Shown: positions 1 through 18,360 of the stretch, piece after piece
Position numbering within the stretch: position 1 is the first letter of the stretch
Layout: each line of letters begins with the position of its first letter
From: Phoronis australis
Lineage: Eukaryota > Animalia > Phoronida
DNA length: 64,000 nucleotides
Reading direction: 5' to 3'
Assembly (NCBI GenBank): GCA_002633005.1
Contig: NMRA01000178.1
Coordinates: 193,395-257,394 of the forward strand
The notes under the pieces: model-generated
Databases searched by the model: none
Seen by the model: only the letters and a program-made list of their open reading frames with translations
Told to the model about the DNA's origin: nothing
Position numbers and translations under genes: made by a program

Positions 1-1323
1 TCTGGACAATTTCGATGGCACTGACTATATAACCATTCTTGCTCTTTGTCAGAAATAAAAATGAAAAGTGGGCACAACAACTGTTTCTTGGTCAAAAATC
101 TGGTTAAATGAGATTGAAAGAATATTTAAAAAATGAATCCATGTGATATGTTATCTCTCATCAGCGTTTGTATATCCACCAAGTGTATCAATACGCGCGG
201 TGGTTTATCTTCAATTGTACCCAATGGTTGTAGTTTTTAGATTATTAGTTCATCGATTTTTAAAAATCGAAAACCGTACTTGGTTGTTTTTTTTCCAGCT
301 GAATACCGCCGTGGTGAAAATTCACCATTATGTACACTCAGAGATGTCTAATACAGTTTATGGTCGGATAATTATATTTAATTGGGTCTTGCTCGCATCG
401 TAATGCGGTCATCACAATTGTACCTGATTCTGGTGCCGCGCTCTCTTTTATGCTGGTACGAGCCACTCTGAAGGACAATCGTTGAAAATTTCCGCATATC
501 TTGAGAAATGCGTGACTTCCTTGCAAGCGTATTATTCACGGTATGAAAGATAGGATATAAATGGACAACAACAAGATTGTTACATCTACTGGTGCTACTA
601 AGTACAATGACAAATGTTTTAGTAATAATTTTTAATTTGCTTCCGATTCAAAGTGCTTCACGTGGCATCGGGCCGTACTCAGCCAAATTCGCCCGAGTGC
701 CGCTGTTTGTGTAGATGACAAGATCGTGCATACGATAAGAGGAGGCTTTATGTTATTCATAAACTACGCGCGTGATGGCTACACCAAAGGATAACAAGGG
801 AGTCTAGAAATGAATGCCTATACCTAAGCATAAAAGTCTAGCCCTACGACATAAGTAAGCTACATGTATATAGCAACGAGAAAGCTCCCAAAAATAAGTT
901 TGACGTGAATGCCTCAAACTCGGCAAAGAAACCAAACAGTAGAAAACAGATTTGTTATTCTGCTATTTTGGTTAGTTTGCATAGTACAGTAGAAGTGTAG
1001 GCATTTTTAAATTTTGAATTGAAAGTGATCGTCAAGTTGTTCATCCAGTGTACACTTTGATTGTGGATTGGTGGATTGACATCTATGCATGTGCACGTGT
1101 CAGCGTTTCTGTTCTTTTAAATTCAGTGAGTCCATTACAGGCAGTCCTCTGTCATGCTCAAAATCCAGACTTTCAGCTACCATGTTTTCTTGCACTGAGA
1201 ATACCTGTCGACCATATACACGTTATGATGGTCAATGAAAATCTTCTCTAGTCAATCAATGTCAATGGTGCACAACCCTGCAGACTTCATACGAGCTACA
1301 AACTTGATGGAAAAGATTTTCAA

Positions 1324-2569
1324 GGTTCCATGTCACTATGACGAAAGTTCAGTACTCCAAAGGTTCGTTACTTTCTAAAGTTCACTACATTGAACTTCCA
1401 CTATTCCAAAACTCCGGCAGTTCTCTACTCTTAATTGTGTGATCACGACTGGTATTCTCAAGCAGAGATAACATCTGGGCAGGCCTTTATGCAGCGTAGG
1501 TCCTTTGCGTCCAAATGGACGCCCTAGCATTAATCTGGCTGCCCTGGCAAGGACGCCCAATGTATCATTTGGACGCCCAATGTATCATTTGGACGCCCAA
1601 TATCAATAGGAACCTTTCAAGTTTGGACTCGCACATTGTAATGAATACTAGGAAGCCTCCGAAGGCTTACAGTGGAGGCTCTTTTTTTAAAGCTGGAATA
1701 AATATACAATGTATATACAAAGTATATGCATTGTTGCTATTTTGACACTTGATTGACAGCATTGTAAAAGTCTTGGTCTACACAGTTTTTTTAAGTAAAA
1801 ATGCTCACCATAGAAGGCGGTTTTATAAACTTAGATGTCAAAACCTTGATCTATGCATTTTTTTGTAAAAAAATCTGTGTGTTTGGGGGTATTGCTGGGG
1901 ATGGGGGGGTTACGCGTCGGAATCATGGATGCCCTGGAATATTGGGAACCCCATTTTGGACACCCTATTTTCTAAATTCTGGATGAAGGCCTGCATCTGG
2001 GGCACGCGTCAGGGCTGCGGCGACCAACGGCGGTTTCAAATTTAAGAAGACTGAATGGGATTCTCTGACTTCGTGAGAACTGGCAGGGACAGATTGGCCT
2101 ATTAACTTCATTTAGTTTCGACCCGGCTGTGTGCGTCGCACTGCAATGCTATCTTGACATGGGGATTTGATGAATGTGTCATGGTTGATAATTCATCAGT
2201 ATTTTACTTCAGATCATTTTAAAATGAAAGTGCGTGCTCATTTTAAGACATGCGGGCAATTTCTCGGTCATGCACACTGAAATCTGTCCACCGTTCCCTA
2301 AGTTGTGCTTGTCAGCTGGAGACGGTGGTCACTGTCTACATGATATCCAATCAAAGTGCTTTAGTGCCCGGGCGTTGCTTTCAGTATAGATGCATCTAAT
2401 AACCAAAAGATCGTTTATTTTTCCCTGTAAAATGTTAAAAATCACATCTGAGTGTGAAAGTTCGGATATTTTTGAAGCAGTGAAACTTCGGAGTAGTGAA
2501 TCTTCGAAAGTAGTGAACCTTTGTAATAGTGAACCTTCGAGTGGTGAACTTTCGAAATAGTGAGCTGTT
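1324..2569. mobile_element. Older foldback-type non-autonomous element with inverted arrays of ~16-17-bp subterminal repeats; hosts the hAT MITE
   Basis: Left arm has variants of aaggttcactattc (1330-1410); right arm has the reverse-complement variants tagtgaaccttcg (2475-2562). Confidence 0.5.
1480..1993. mobile_element. hAT-type MITE with 8-bp TSD
   Basis: TIRs CAGGCCTTTATGCAG / CTGGATGAAGGCCTG; TSD CATCTGGG at 1472-1479 and 1994-2001; subterminal GGACGCCC repeats. Confidence 0.85.
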
Positions 2570-2746
2570 NTTGATGGAAAAGATTTTCAAGGTTCCATGT
2601 CACTATGACGAAAGTTCAGTACTCCAAAGGTTCGTTACTTTCTAAAATTCACTACTTTGAACTTCCACTATTCCAAAACTCCGGCAGTTCTCTACTCTTA
2701 ATTGTGTGATCACGACTCGTATTCTCAAGCAGAGATAACATCTGGG

Positions 2747-3210
2747 CAGGCCTTTATGCAGCACTAATCTGGACGCCCTGGCAAGGACGCCCAATGTATC
2801 ATTTGGACGCCCAATGTCAATAGGAACCTTTCAAGTTTGGACTCGCACATTGTAATGAATACTAGGAAGCCTCTGAAGGCGCACAGTGGGGGGCTCTTTT
2901 TTTAAAGCTGTAAGAAATATACAATGTATATACAAAGTATATGCATTGTTGCTATTTTGACACTTGATGGACAGCATTGTAAAAGTCTTGGTCTACACAG
3001 TTTTTTTTAAGTAAAAAATGCTCACCATAGAAGGCGGTTTTATAAACTTAGATGTCAAAACCTTGATCTATGCATTTTTTTGTAAAAAAAATCTGTGTGT
3101 TTGGGGGTATTGCTGGGGGGGAGGGGTTACGCGTCGGAATCATGGACGCCCTGGAATATTGGGAACCCCATTTTGGACACCCTATTTTCAAAATCCTGGA
3201 TAAAGGCCTG
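2747..3210. mobile_element. Second copy of the same hAT MITE (within the duplicated block)
   Basis: TIRs CAGGCCTTTATGCAG / CTGGATAAAGGCCTG; TSD CATCTGGG at 2739-2746 and 3211-3218. Confidence 0.8.
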
Positions 3211-3809
3211 CATCTGGGGCACGCGTCAGAGCTGCGGCGACCAACGGCGGTTTCAAATTTAAGAAGACTGAATGGGATTCTCTGACTTCGTGAGAACTGG
3301 CAGGGACAGATTGGCCTACTAACTTCATTTAGTTTCGACGCGGCTGTGTGCGTCGCACTGCAATGCCATCTTGACATGGGGATTTGATGAATGTGTCATG
3401 GTTGATAATTCATCAGTATTCTTCTTCAGATCATTTTAAAATGAAAGTGCGTGCTCATTTTAAGACATGCGGGCCATTTCTCGGTCATGCACACTGAAAT
3501 CTGTCCACCGTTTCCTAAGTTGTGCTTGTCAGCTGGAGACGGTGGTCACTGTCTACATGAAATCCAAACAAAGTGCTTTAGTGCCCGGGCGTTGCTTTCG
3601 ATATAGATGCATCTAATAACCAAAAGATTGTTTATTTTTACCTGTAAAATGTTAAAAATCACATCTGAGTTTGAAAGTTCGAATATTTTTGAAGCAGTGA
3701 ATCTTCGGTGTAGTGAATCTTCGAAAGTAGTGAACCTTTGTAATAGTGAACCTTCGAGTGGTGAACTTTCGAAATAGTGAGCTGTTTCCATTTCCAGCGA
3801 TGTAAGCGT

Positions 3810-4320
3810 CTGGCAGGGGCATCCCACCACTGAAATTGTATGGCATCTTACTGTTATGCCATGTACAGTGATGCTGAACATGACGTTCAAACGGTTACCT
3901 AGTGGGTTGATCTAGCTCAACTCAGGTATTTGGGCTTGTCTGGCGGGGCTTACCCACCACTAGATTTGCCTGGCAGTGTTCATTCGTGATACCTGTGCTC
4001 ACGGTCAGTATTTTGCAATTGGTTTCATGTGGTTACCTCTTGGATTGATCTAGCTCAATTTTTTGCCTTGTTTATAACCGTCTGGCTGATATTCCCCACC
4101 ACTGAAATTGTCTGGCAGTGACCAGTTTTGATACAGTGGATTAGATAGTAGGTATCGAAGGCAGTTTGAAGAGGTTACCAGAAAAGCTGATCTAGCTCAA
4201 TTTTTTAATGCCATTCTCTTGGCTCCCCTGACCACACCCACCAGAGCGAACCTGCCAGATGGCCATATCCAAGCATGAGGATACCCATAGACCACCGTGG
4301 TTGCCAAAGGAAATTGGTTA
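3810..4320. repeat. Degenerate ~130-142-bp tandem repeat (3-4 units)
   Basis: Recurrent cccaccactgaaattgtctggcag (3823, 3953, 4095) and ggttacc...tgatctagctcaa (3908, 4046, 4188). Confidence 0.55.
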
Positions 4321-7300
4321 CCTTTTAATGCCCAAAAAAGTTCTGGGATCCCGGTCTACAAGTTGCAGCATCTTTACTTCCCTCCTACACGTGAAGTTGT
4401 TGCTAACCTGATCGACCCATACCAGCTTCTTAAAAATTTTTGTTGTTTAGGTACAATGCTAGGTTTAGGCCTCTTCGCCCCTTATTTTGAAGTTCCCAAT
4501 TTATGTGTCCTGATCAGTGCTCAGATGAGTATGGCATTGATGAGCCCTGATGAGTCATGGTTCTAGTCGGATGGCTGGTAACAGTCTAGTCCAGAGCACT
4601 GCAGAGTTAAATATGTGAATTGATACAAAAGCTGGAATAGATTAATGTGTTTACATGAAACTTAAGCCAATTACAACTTATCTTCCAAGCTATGTAAAAC
4701 TGTCCATTTATTGTTCCCTATGGGTAATGGATCACAGCTCTGAGATCTCCAAGGGCTTGTTCAGTGTGAAGAGAAACCTTATCTTTCTAGACATGACAGT
4801 AGACAGTGACTACTTATTTTTGTTGTAATGCGGTATGATGTTTCTGACTCTAAAGAAGGGCTTTTTGCCTTCAAATAGACATTTTTGTAATTTCAGCTAA
4901 CATTAAAGCTGCTATAATCGGCGTTTTGGGAAAAAATCTTTTCATTTCTGTCACTTGCTGTTATAAAACTGGCCGCGATTTGTTCCTCAGTCAGACTTAG
5001 AAGTGATTTTTGGGCGTGGGTAGAGGTGGCAGTTGGTTATTGGTGGAGACATTGCTCAGAACACGAATGACCTTCAAATCTAGTCGAACTTGCGGAGTCC
5101 GATCTCAAGTAGTAATGAACAACCACCTCATCTGAATCCCAGAAATCACTTCCTGTCTGTGTAAAGGACAAATTCATTTGAGGTGAGTTGTTTAGTAAGT
5201 GGCTTAGACAGCAGGTGGTTTATAGAACTTTTACACATGTTACCAGAGGCCAGTTACTCTTGTTTAAGTTCGGGACCAGTGGGTCTCAGCAGAAGTCTGT
5301 AAAGGAGATCCCACCAAATTTTCAAGATTTCAAGTGAGTGTCTGGATGTAACATTCAGTGATTCACTCTTGACTAATTGCAACATGAATGAATTCATTGC
5401 CCCTTTGTACAGGGTTGTTGGAAAAGGTTGGTTCATGAAACGAATAAAGTTGTCATGAAACGAATAAAGTTGTCCAGATAAAAGACTATTTGTCCATTTT
5501 CAAAGGTTTTTGACAATTAATGGTGCTTAAAAATGTTCAAAATGTAAATCTTTTATTTAATTATTAACTGCAAAAAATTAATCTTGGCTCACTGTGCCAC
5601 CTGGTGGTGTGTCACAAAGATAGTCACAAGCATTCGAAGACTACAGTCAAAGACTTTCATTTCTTATAATGAATACTTTTAAGGAAAGTTGCTAATTTCT
5701 ACTCATTTTTTCACAGAACCTGAATGCTGGTTCCATATTAATATCTAAACAAAAATCTACAAACTTGTCGTGAATAACAACGAAATTGAACATTACTGAT
5801 ATCTCAAACATCTTTACAGAATTGTTTATGATGGAAAATAAGGTAGATCAATTATTTTAAAACTGAATAGAGCAAAAAGATCTTTCTAAGTTTGTTTGAA
5901 GGAAGAAACATTTATGGTAATTAAGCCCTGGGAAAACCAGTTTGAGGTGAATCGCTATCATAATCCACATAATCACACACAGCCATTGATTAACTCTTGT
6001 ACATCTCAAATAGTTCGAAAGCAAAAAAGCTTTTTGTTGTACAGTAGCTTTCGTTGAAAGCATGAACAGATGTCCAGGGCATTTGTGTGTAGGTGCTTAA
6101 TGAGGGATAGGTCAAGTATTAACTCTTATTAATAGCAAAATAATTGATCTAGAATCATGATTTATTGAAATGCTGGATTCTATCAACAGACCCTTATCTT
6201 TACTGGGCATGAATGTAGATAAAGTGCATTTGCATGAAAATATGCTACGAATGGTGTGTTGCTCGCTCAGCTTGGCAGTGTTTTATGCTAAATCCATTAT
6301 CTGTGTAAACTAACAAGACACGATCTCGCTTTTCTGAGAACAAAGTTTTCCGGTTTCTGACAAGCATTTAATGACAACCTGACTGAACATGTCTAATAAG
6401 CTATGATTCAATGAACTTAAAGGTTATTTCGAGTCATTAGTGTTCTTTATGACCTGTTTTATCATATTGTAGTGACACGCATGAATACGCTGCCAAGAGA
6501 GAACACTGCAAGTCCTGCTCAGATGGTTGTGTTTGTCAAGTTGAACTTGATTTGAGTTTTGTCTGGTACCTTGATTGTAATTGTTACTGGATTTCAATTA
6601 CGCCCACCTACGTAATTGTGTTGGTCTATGAATTATGTTATATTACCGTTTGAGGCCTACTTTTATTACGTTTGTGAACTAGTACCTAATAGGTTAGGTC
6701 TGTGGGATGAGTATACTTTTGAGATTTACCGTATGGCTGTGTTTCTCACTGATCCTATGAAAATGTTAATTAGCTGGCTCATGATTTTGTTCCTGTCATT
6801 TTATGTGGGAGTTTTATGGGAAACTCCAAAGTGGAGTGAGTACTAGACTGTATAATGAGCTTCTGGCTTCGATAGAAAGAAATTATACATATGAACAAGC
6901 AAGTGAATATACAGCAGACCAATAATATTTCATGCGCCATGTGTAAACTCTACCAATCAGGAAGCTATTCGGTCTGCGATACTTATAAGCATGAAGTAGG
7001 CTGTCTCAAAAACATCTGGTTGGAACTGGCACCACTGTGGGGCATCACTAAAACTGCATCCAACTTTTAAATCTCATCTTTGTGAAAACTGGCAAGTTTG
7101 TCTCCATGAAGGTGGCAACAGGCACAATTAAGACTTTTAGACAAATCTGACTACCACTGTACAATGTTGGTATTTTATTGTCCTCTGTATCTTTAGAAGT
7201 CTTTCATAGATTTTCACGAAATTTGGCAAACGGGTTTCTAATGAAGAGGTGGCAATGACACATTTCTGTTTTCAGATGGATTTGAGCCAATGTACGCCAC

Positions 7301-7709
7301 CTAGTGGTCATTTTTATTGTTTCAAGTAGGAGTCTGCTTCTCTATTGCCCATACCTTTCTAAGGATTGTTGTGAAAATTGGTATATCTTGTGTTCTTACT
7401 GAGCAGAGTATGGCTGACAATGGTTTTTGGATGGTTTCGTCTACTGCAGGGTCCACTAAGACTGTCAATTTTACTTTGTTCACATCCACAACTGTTTCTC
7501 TTTAACCCCTCATTGGCCCTCAAGGATCTTTGTGAAATTTGTCAAGTGTATTTCTGTGCCTGTGACAGTTTCGTTTTTTTAACATTCTCTGCATCTTCAG
7601 AGTTTCAAATCAGATTTTGATGGAATTGGGCAAGTGGATTTCTTTCTATTTTCAGGTGGATTTAACTTGTGGTCTGACTTTTTATTATTTATATGAAACT
7701 TTTCAACAT

Positions 7710-8110
7710 CATACTTTACAGTGTTCTCAAATGCTTGTAGGAATTGCTTTTAAAATTTTCCACTTTTGCATGAGGGTCTATCAAAAAATAAGACTTATAG
7801 TATTTTATGAAATAACTAAAAAGTGGAATAAAATGATAACGGAATGATAATTTAGAAAACTGTAACACCATTAATCGAGACTTGTTCTCGTGCATTTATA
7901 GTTCAAATGTTGGTCACGTTATTGATACCATTGTTTTGCTATGGATTTGCCTTTTCTTTTTGCTGAATTTTACTAAAAAGACACGATCACAAAACCCAAT
8001 TATTATCACATTGGTATAAAGTCAAAAATCAAAAATGTCCAGGCCTTCTACTTTTAGAAAATGTTATTTTACTGAGTTAAAATCTATAGTTTTGTAGATA
8101 TTCGGCTTAA
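7710..8110. repeat. Old dispersed repeat; second copy at ~58410-58770
   Basis: Shared blocks tgttctcaaa.atgct.ttaggaatt, ctatcaaaaata, ttttactaaaaa, aaagtcaaaaatcaa, acttt.agaaaat. Confidence 0.6.
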
Positions 8111-8730
8111 TAGTGTGACTAGTCCATAAGGTCTTACATGTCCTCAATCAGTTAGCTGGGTGTGCGTGACAGTCAACCATTTCATCTCGTAAACCACATG
8201 ACGTGTCACTTTAACGATTGTGGTTATCAATTGTTTTTGAGCTTTTGGTTTTAAAATATTAATAAGTGCCGAAACCATTAAACCATTGTGATCCTTTGAC
8301 TGCGTGTTTTTTTACTTTGAAGGTTTTGAGCTTGGTATCTGAATGTTAATTCATGTTGATAACACTCAGTGCAGAATAGGATGTTGTGTCAACCCTTAGT
8401 GGTGAAATGCTGTTGGGATTATGGTGATGATTATTACTGTTTGTAGTACTACTGTATACACATGTACAAGGAGTGTTGCCCTGTAGTATGGTTACTTAAA
8501 GTATGTCTGTAACAGTAATTTTATCACCACTATAAATACAAACTCATGGACAAGAAATTGAGTTGGATTAGTCATGCTCATTAAAAGTCTTTCCATGATA
8601 GCATCTGAATGTATCTGTCAGTATGATATCATTACAGTATCACTCAGTATGCATGAACATCAAGTGGGACTGGAGCATTAATTACTTACTAGATGTGAAA
8701 AAAGTGTGAAAATTATTTGAAATTTAATGT

Positions 8731-9128
8731 CAACTTAATGACAACACTGGATCCACAACTTAATGACAACACTAGATCCACAACTTAATGGCAACACTAG
8801 ATCCACAACATAGTGACAACACTAGATCTACAACTTAATGACAACACTAGATCCACAACATAGTGACAACACTAGATCTACAACTTAATAACAACACTGG
8901 ATCTACAACATAGTGACAACACTAGATCTACAACTTAACAACAACACTAGATCCACAACATAGTGACAACACTAGATCTACAACTTAATGACAACACTAG
9001 ATCCACAACATAGTGACAACACTAGATCTACAACTTAATAACAACACTGGATCCACAACTTAACAACATTAGATCAACACCTAACGACACTACTAGATCA
9101 ACAACTTAGGGACAATACGAGATCCACA
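8731..9128. repeat. 25-bp minisatellite (~16 units) with a 50-bp higher-order dimer
   Basis: Unit caacttaatgacaacactagatcca; alternating variant caacatagtgacaacactagatcta in 8781-9030. Confidence 0.95.
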
Positions 9129-9524
9129 GTCTTGCTGTGGATTTGCAGTGATGTGCATTTGACCTGCCATACTAGTAGTTAAGTTCCTGCTTCTAGCAAT
9201 ACAGTCATTTACAGCTGCCTTACTTTTGCCCCATTAGCCACTATTGGTGCAGACTTGGCCCAGCTGTATTACATATCACCTGTCCAGCTGTTCCAAGCTT
9301 GACCTTGGGCATAAAATGCTGGAAATGGCTATTTAATGGTCTGATTTTGACTGAGCATGGTTGTAACTGTTTTGTGAATTGAGTTTGTAGTAGTCTGCTC
9401 AGGTCTTGAAGTTTAGCGTAAGGTCAACTTGTCAAATTTATAAATCCAACCTGGCAAAAAAATTTTTTAATTTTAATTACAATAATAATAACAAAGTACA
9501 AAGATAGAAATCCCCAATGACACC

Positions 9525-9531
9525 TCACACA

Positions 9532-9570
<39 letters not shown>
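9525..9570. repeat. (CA)n microsatellite
   Basis: Visible directly in the sequence. Confidence 0.95.
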
Positions 9571-9574
<4 letters not shown>

Positions 9575-10574
9575 GCATTTCATCGAAAACTCAATTTCAC
9601 AAATCAAAAACACCAAATATACTTTTCTCATGTGCATTTCTTTCTAAAAAAGAAAAAACCAGACCATCTTTGGAGAAATAAGTCTCCTAATCCATTTTTA
9701 CAATAATTATATTTTTCGAATGTGATATAAATTTCTAATTATTTTTTGAAAAGTGTTATAGATGAGGTCCTACTTTCAGCTTTCTACAGTACATATGTTT
9801 TTTGGCCAAAAGAATGATAAGATTCAACAGTTCATTTGCTAACCTGGCAAAAATTTCTTGATCAAAACAAGGAATCTTCATAGGGGACGTGAAAGCCATG
9901 GCCCACCAAAACAATATATACTTCGGAAGAGCAGAAAACGAAATAAACGAAACACTTGAAGTGAAAAACCAGCAAAACTATGAATTGTCTGCCAGCATAC
10001 CCCACAGCTCCCAGACAGGGTTTTTTCTCTACTCGAATGGACAATTGGGAGTGCCTCGTGTGCTCAAGTTAAATATCCCATGTGGGCTCACCTCTGTGGG
10101 TAGGACCAGATGATCGGCACATATTACTTGTGCGTGACTCTGATTTTTGCCAAAAGATTTAGACTTCCATCTGTTTACACCCTGTAATACAGTAGTGTTG
10201 AGTATTTGCAGCGCTCCTTTAATAAGCACCTGAGTCTTGAATAAGTGCTGCGTAAAAAACCCTGTTGAAATGCCATAGTTAAATAACCGCCAGGTCTCAA
10301 GTAGGCACCAGGGGAAATAATTCAAGGCTTGTTATTGAAAGAACAACTCTAACCACAAGTCATTGTTTTACTAGATAGTCCAAGACCTACTGTTAACTAC
10401 ATGCAAGTCAACATAATGTGTGGAAATTAATGAATAGGTACTTTGCAAGCAAGCTCATTCCATGCAAAGTTTGTCCATTTCTTTATGAATTTATTGGGAT
10501 ATACCGGTATGTTCACTATATTGTTGTATGGAAGTGACGAATATTGTATCAAATGAGTGTACCTGTAAGCGTTA

Positions 10575-10840
10575 AAAGGCATGAGTGACTCATCTTTTCA
10601 ATTGAGGTCGTGGGTTCGAGTCCCATTGGACCACACTGCTTGGCCATTGAGTCAGGTCTCTAGCTCCTTAGCTCGGTTTTAACTATATATTAATGAATAA
10701 ACCACAGGTGATCAGTGCAATGGGCCTACATGCACGGCCTGTGCGTGTCTGGTACATCGTGTACCGGACCACCTGCATGACTTGTTTATGAGGGCGTGCT
10801 CAACAGTAAGATAGCACCAGGTCTGCAAAACTGGCCTCGC
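10575..10840 (+). mobile_element. tRNA-derived SINE-like relic
   Basis: Pol III B-box GGTTCGAGTCC at ~10613-10623 preceded by gaggtcgtg; no cloverleaf and a degenerate A box. Confidence 0.4.
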
Positions 10841-11080
10841 TGAATAAGCACCGAGTTTTAAATAAGCGCCGGTTTGAAATTAGCTCTGAATCAAAAAATA
10901 TTATTGAAAAATTATGCACTTTGGCGCTAATGTACCACTGGTATTTTGAGTGCATGCTCGGATGTGTGCCTGATGACCTAGTTCGATTTTTGCTGTATAG
11001 CCAAACAGTCTGAAGTCACCAAATGAGGCCCTGCTTCTGAAAGTATTGGTTGTCCACTTCCAGCTGCCTCTGCAACTGTG

Positions 11081-11325
11081 CACTTAGGTTGACTATTGTA
11101 TTATGGTATCCACTTAGGTTGACCGTTGTATTATGGTATCCACTTAGGTTGACCATTGTATTACGGTATCCACTTAGGTTGACCGTTGTATTATGGTATC
11201 CACTTCGGTTGACCATTGTATTACGTATCCACTTAGGTTGACCATTGTATTACGGAAAACACTTAGGTTGACCATTGTATTACGGTATCCACTTAGGTTG
11301 ACCATTGTATCATCCACTAAGGTTG
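11081..11325. repeat. 30-bp minisatellite (~8 units)
   Basis: Unit cacttaggttgaccattgtattacggtatc. Confidence 0.95.
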
Positions 11326-12263
11326 ATAGTTGTATACTTTGGCTGATGTTATATTGTCCACAAGCTGACAGTGTTGTATTCCACACGTCTACATTTCCTT
11401 GTTCAAAGAAAATGCAACTTGTCCGTAATTCTAAAGCTGTGTATCATAATTGTACTAGTTAGGATGCAAAACAGTAAACTATTTTTAGCTGAGATAAGGT
11501 TGAGCAAAAACTTGTGTGACTTCAGTTTTATGTTCTTGATTTGTCTTGCTAACTAAATTGTTCAATACATGGCCTGGATATGGCTTCAGAATGGGTGACT
11601 CATTATTTACTGTTCTAGTTGTCAGCTGAGAAGTTTCAGCTGTAAATGTAGATATCTCCCTTAAACATGGTGCAAATGCCACAACTTATTTTGTATCCCA
11701 GTCTTCTTTCTGTCAATTATTCACAAAAACAACAATTAGTTACACTCTATTTTCACTAGCTGGGCATGTCGCTTCAAAATAAGCACTGATATGGAACACC
11801 TATTTCAATCATTCGTTGTTAACTCGGCTTATTCGAACATGTCTTAAGATTTTAAACATGGCTCAGGGCCTTTCATGCCTGACTCATGATTTCCAAACAT
11901 GGTGCAGAACATTTGAAACATGGCGTGGCACCATGCTCTTCACAACTTTTTTTGATTCGTCACTGCGTCGAGCTTGGCGTAGAGTTTGAATTTGAAAATC
12001 TATGCATCTAGTTTGAAGTGTAGGAAAATAACTTCTTAAGCAAATGCGTCATTTCGGACTTTTGGTACCAGCTCAAAAATGTATTTATTCCAAACTCCCA
12101 ACAGTATGGTCATTGACTTTTGAATATTTACACAGATTTTGTAATTCTGGGCGAGTTTGAATTTTTTCTTGTGAAGAAAGGTGATGTAAGGAGTGCACTG
12201 AATTGTGTTATACATTTATGATTATCAATAAGTTGTCTAACTTGTACTCTCTTCTCTCTACAG

Positions 12264-16545
<4,282 letters not shown>

Positions 16546-17854
16546 GTGTTGTGAACTGTTGAGATATCCGCATGGTGCTTCCCTTAGTTGATCTCCCTTC
16601 AAAACAAGATGGCCAACCCAGCCAGAGGCGCATAGCACAAACAAGATGGCCAACACAGCCAGAGGAAAGTACCGCAAACACGCATTACTGAGTTAGACGT
16701 GTTGTACTGAGACACATAAGTGTCATCTGCTCTGTACCTGGTGTCTGTGTAAACTATTTTGTTGGAAGGTATTGTAACATGAAAGTTTGCGCTGCAAATG
16801 ATGAGCCAGTTGTTCACACCTCCCAGTTTATTGTAATGCCACTGATGTTGGACAGAAGCATGAAGTCTTCAAGCCACAAAACAGCCATGATCACATACCT
16901 TACACGCCAAAAACAATCATACAATATGATGCAGATTTGTGGAGACTGAGCGCTGGCAGAGTTCAGCATGAAAGGGCATGGCTGCTCATTACCTATAGTG
17001 ATGGCTAAAGGAATACTGTCCACTCATTTTTTGGATGTACTGTGGGGAGGGAGAGATGAGCCCATTCCGTAGTCATACTGATTTTGGCACAAAAATTTGG
17101 TGACCGACACCGGCCAACTTATAGTATCAGTCCTAAATCGTCGATGTATTTTCATTTTTTTCTTAACCTTAGAATCCAATTCTAAACTTGATGTGATCTA
17201 ATTCCACAATTATTTCTCGTCTGTTGCGGGGTTAGAAAAATGCATTTCATGATTGACCTAGTTTTCTAAATGAAGGACCACTGACGCACTTTAAAGGTTA
17301 GTCGGACAAGTGGAGCTTTTCAAGTTTTCTAAGTCTGCACTATAGCTCCCTGTGGTGTGCAATGGTAAAACTTGGGGTCACGTGATCGCTATTACAACAG
17401 CAGTGTCACATGATCATTAGTACATAAGCAGTGTCACATGGTCATAAGTACAACACCAGTGTAAAACTGTGAGGCAGGTGTGCCATGGATGTGTAGCTTT
17501 CTGGTTAAATAGCAAGAGGGCGCTGTAGTATTCTGGGGAGGGCCTATTCAAGACTGTGATTGTGCTTTTGGCCTAGAAAATTCCCAACAATGGCTGTTTT
17601 GTGGATTTGAATTCATTTTTTCACGACTTTGTTGTCTTTGTGTAAATCTTTTGAAAACTAAGGCATCTAATAAGCCTGAGCTTATTTTTACCATGGTACC
17701 CATACTCGGTGCCAGCAGCAATGTTAAATGTCAGCAGGGCACTGTTTTATCAGTCTAAGCATTCATGTGGTGGTTGGTCGTGAGCTGACAATAAAGATAT
17801 TGAACATTTGGTGTAATGTGCCTTACCTTAAGTTGTGCTGCCATTCAGCCTGTG

Positions 17855-18360
17855 ATTTATACATGTTAAACTACACGCGTTCTTGTATGAGTAAATGTTA
17901 TTAGTGGTGGTTGTTGTGCCAAGTAACTATTTTGACAAGGCTGAAGGCCAAGTGAAAATGCTTACAGCAATCGAGGCTAATGATATTCACCTATGCGAGA
18001 ACACTTGTTGTTTAACATATTTATGCCATATATTTAGGTTGTAATCTACATTTTTCGGCAATAACCCGTACAATAACCGTGTCACTTGACCGTACAATAA
18101 CCTTAAACGTTGCCTTAGTAATAGTCAATGGGCGGCGCACTATAGGGGGCTGGGGGGGGGCTATAGCCCCTCTACTTTTTTCAGTGCTGCACCGCCCATG
18201 TAGTCAGATATAAAGTGCCCGCATTTTGAGAACCAGTTTTCTGCTCTGATTAACGGGCATAAACTGGTTCTAAAAATGTGGGCCTCTTCATATCTCACTG
18301 CTGCCCATGGCTACCTGACACGGTTGTTGTATGGGCGTACCAAGACGTACATGGTATAAA
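17855..18360. mobile_element. Non-autonomous DNA element with nested small MITEs; related copy at ~38155-38400
   Basis: Shared blocks (taactattttgacaaggc, gttgtaatctacatttt, aataaccgtgtcacttgac) recur at 38215-38370; nested ATGGGCGGCGCAC...CCGCCCATG element (18128-18200) and hairpin MITE (18201-18299). Confidence 0.5.
18201..18299. mobile_element. ~100-bp hairpin MITE family (other copies ~33891-33983, 39848-39947, 43667-43752, 45797-45894, 46780-46895, 63092-63197, 63297-63390)
   Basis: Consensus tagtctgatataacgtgcccgcattttgagaaccagttt-loop-aaactggttctcaaaatgcgggcatgttatatcagacta, about 8 copies in the window. Confidence 0.8.

Larger units (their letters stand above)
1304..3786. repeat. Tandem near-identical duplication (1304-2569 / 2571-3786) around a single N; probable haplotype or assembly artefact
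   Basis: Both copies begin ttgatggaaaagattttcaagg and end gagctgtt; they are separated by one n at 2570 and differ by scattered SNPs and small indels. Confidence 0.85.

Noticed and set aside
1304-3786. Apparent 1.2-kb segmental tandem duplication
   Set aside because: The copies are joined by a single N and differ at allele-like levels; most likely unmerged haplotype contig ends.
4510-4602. Hammerhead ribozyme (CTGATGA followed by a gtcat/atggc stem)
   Set aside because: The GAAA core is replaced by TGGTAAC; at best a dead relic.
10590-10640. tRNA gene
   Set aside because: Only a B-box/T-arm is present, with no acceptor stem or D-arm; better explained as a SINE relic.
11016-11462. Repetitive ORFs on both strands (also 13092-13467 and 42902-43232)
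   Set aside because: By-products of 30-, 60- and 45-bp tandem repeats lacking stop codons.
1-12263. RRAS2 exon 1 (P-loop GGGGVGKS)
   Set aside because: No matching coding sequence was seen by eye; it probably lies upstream of the window.
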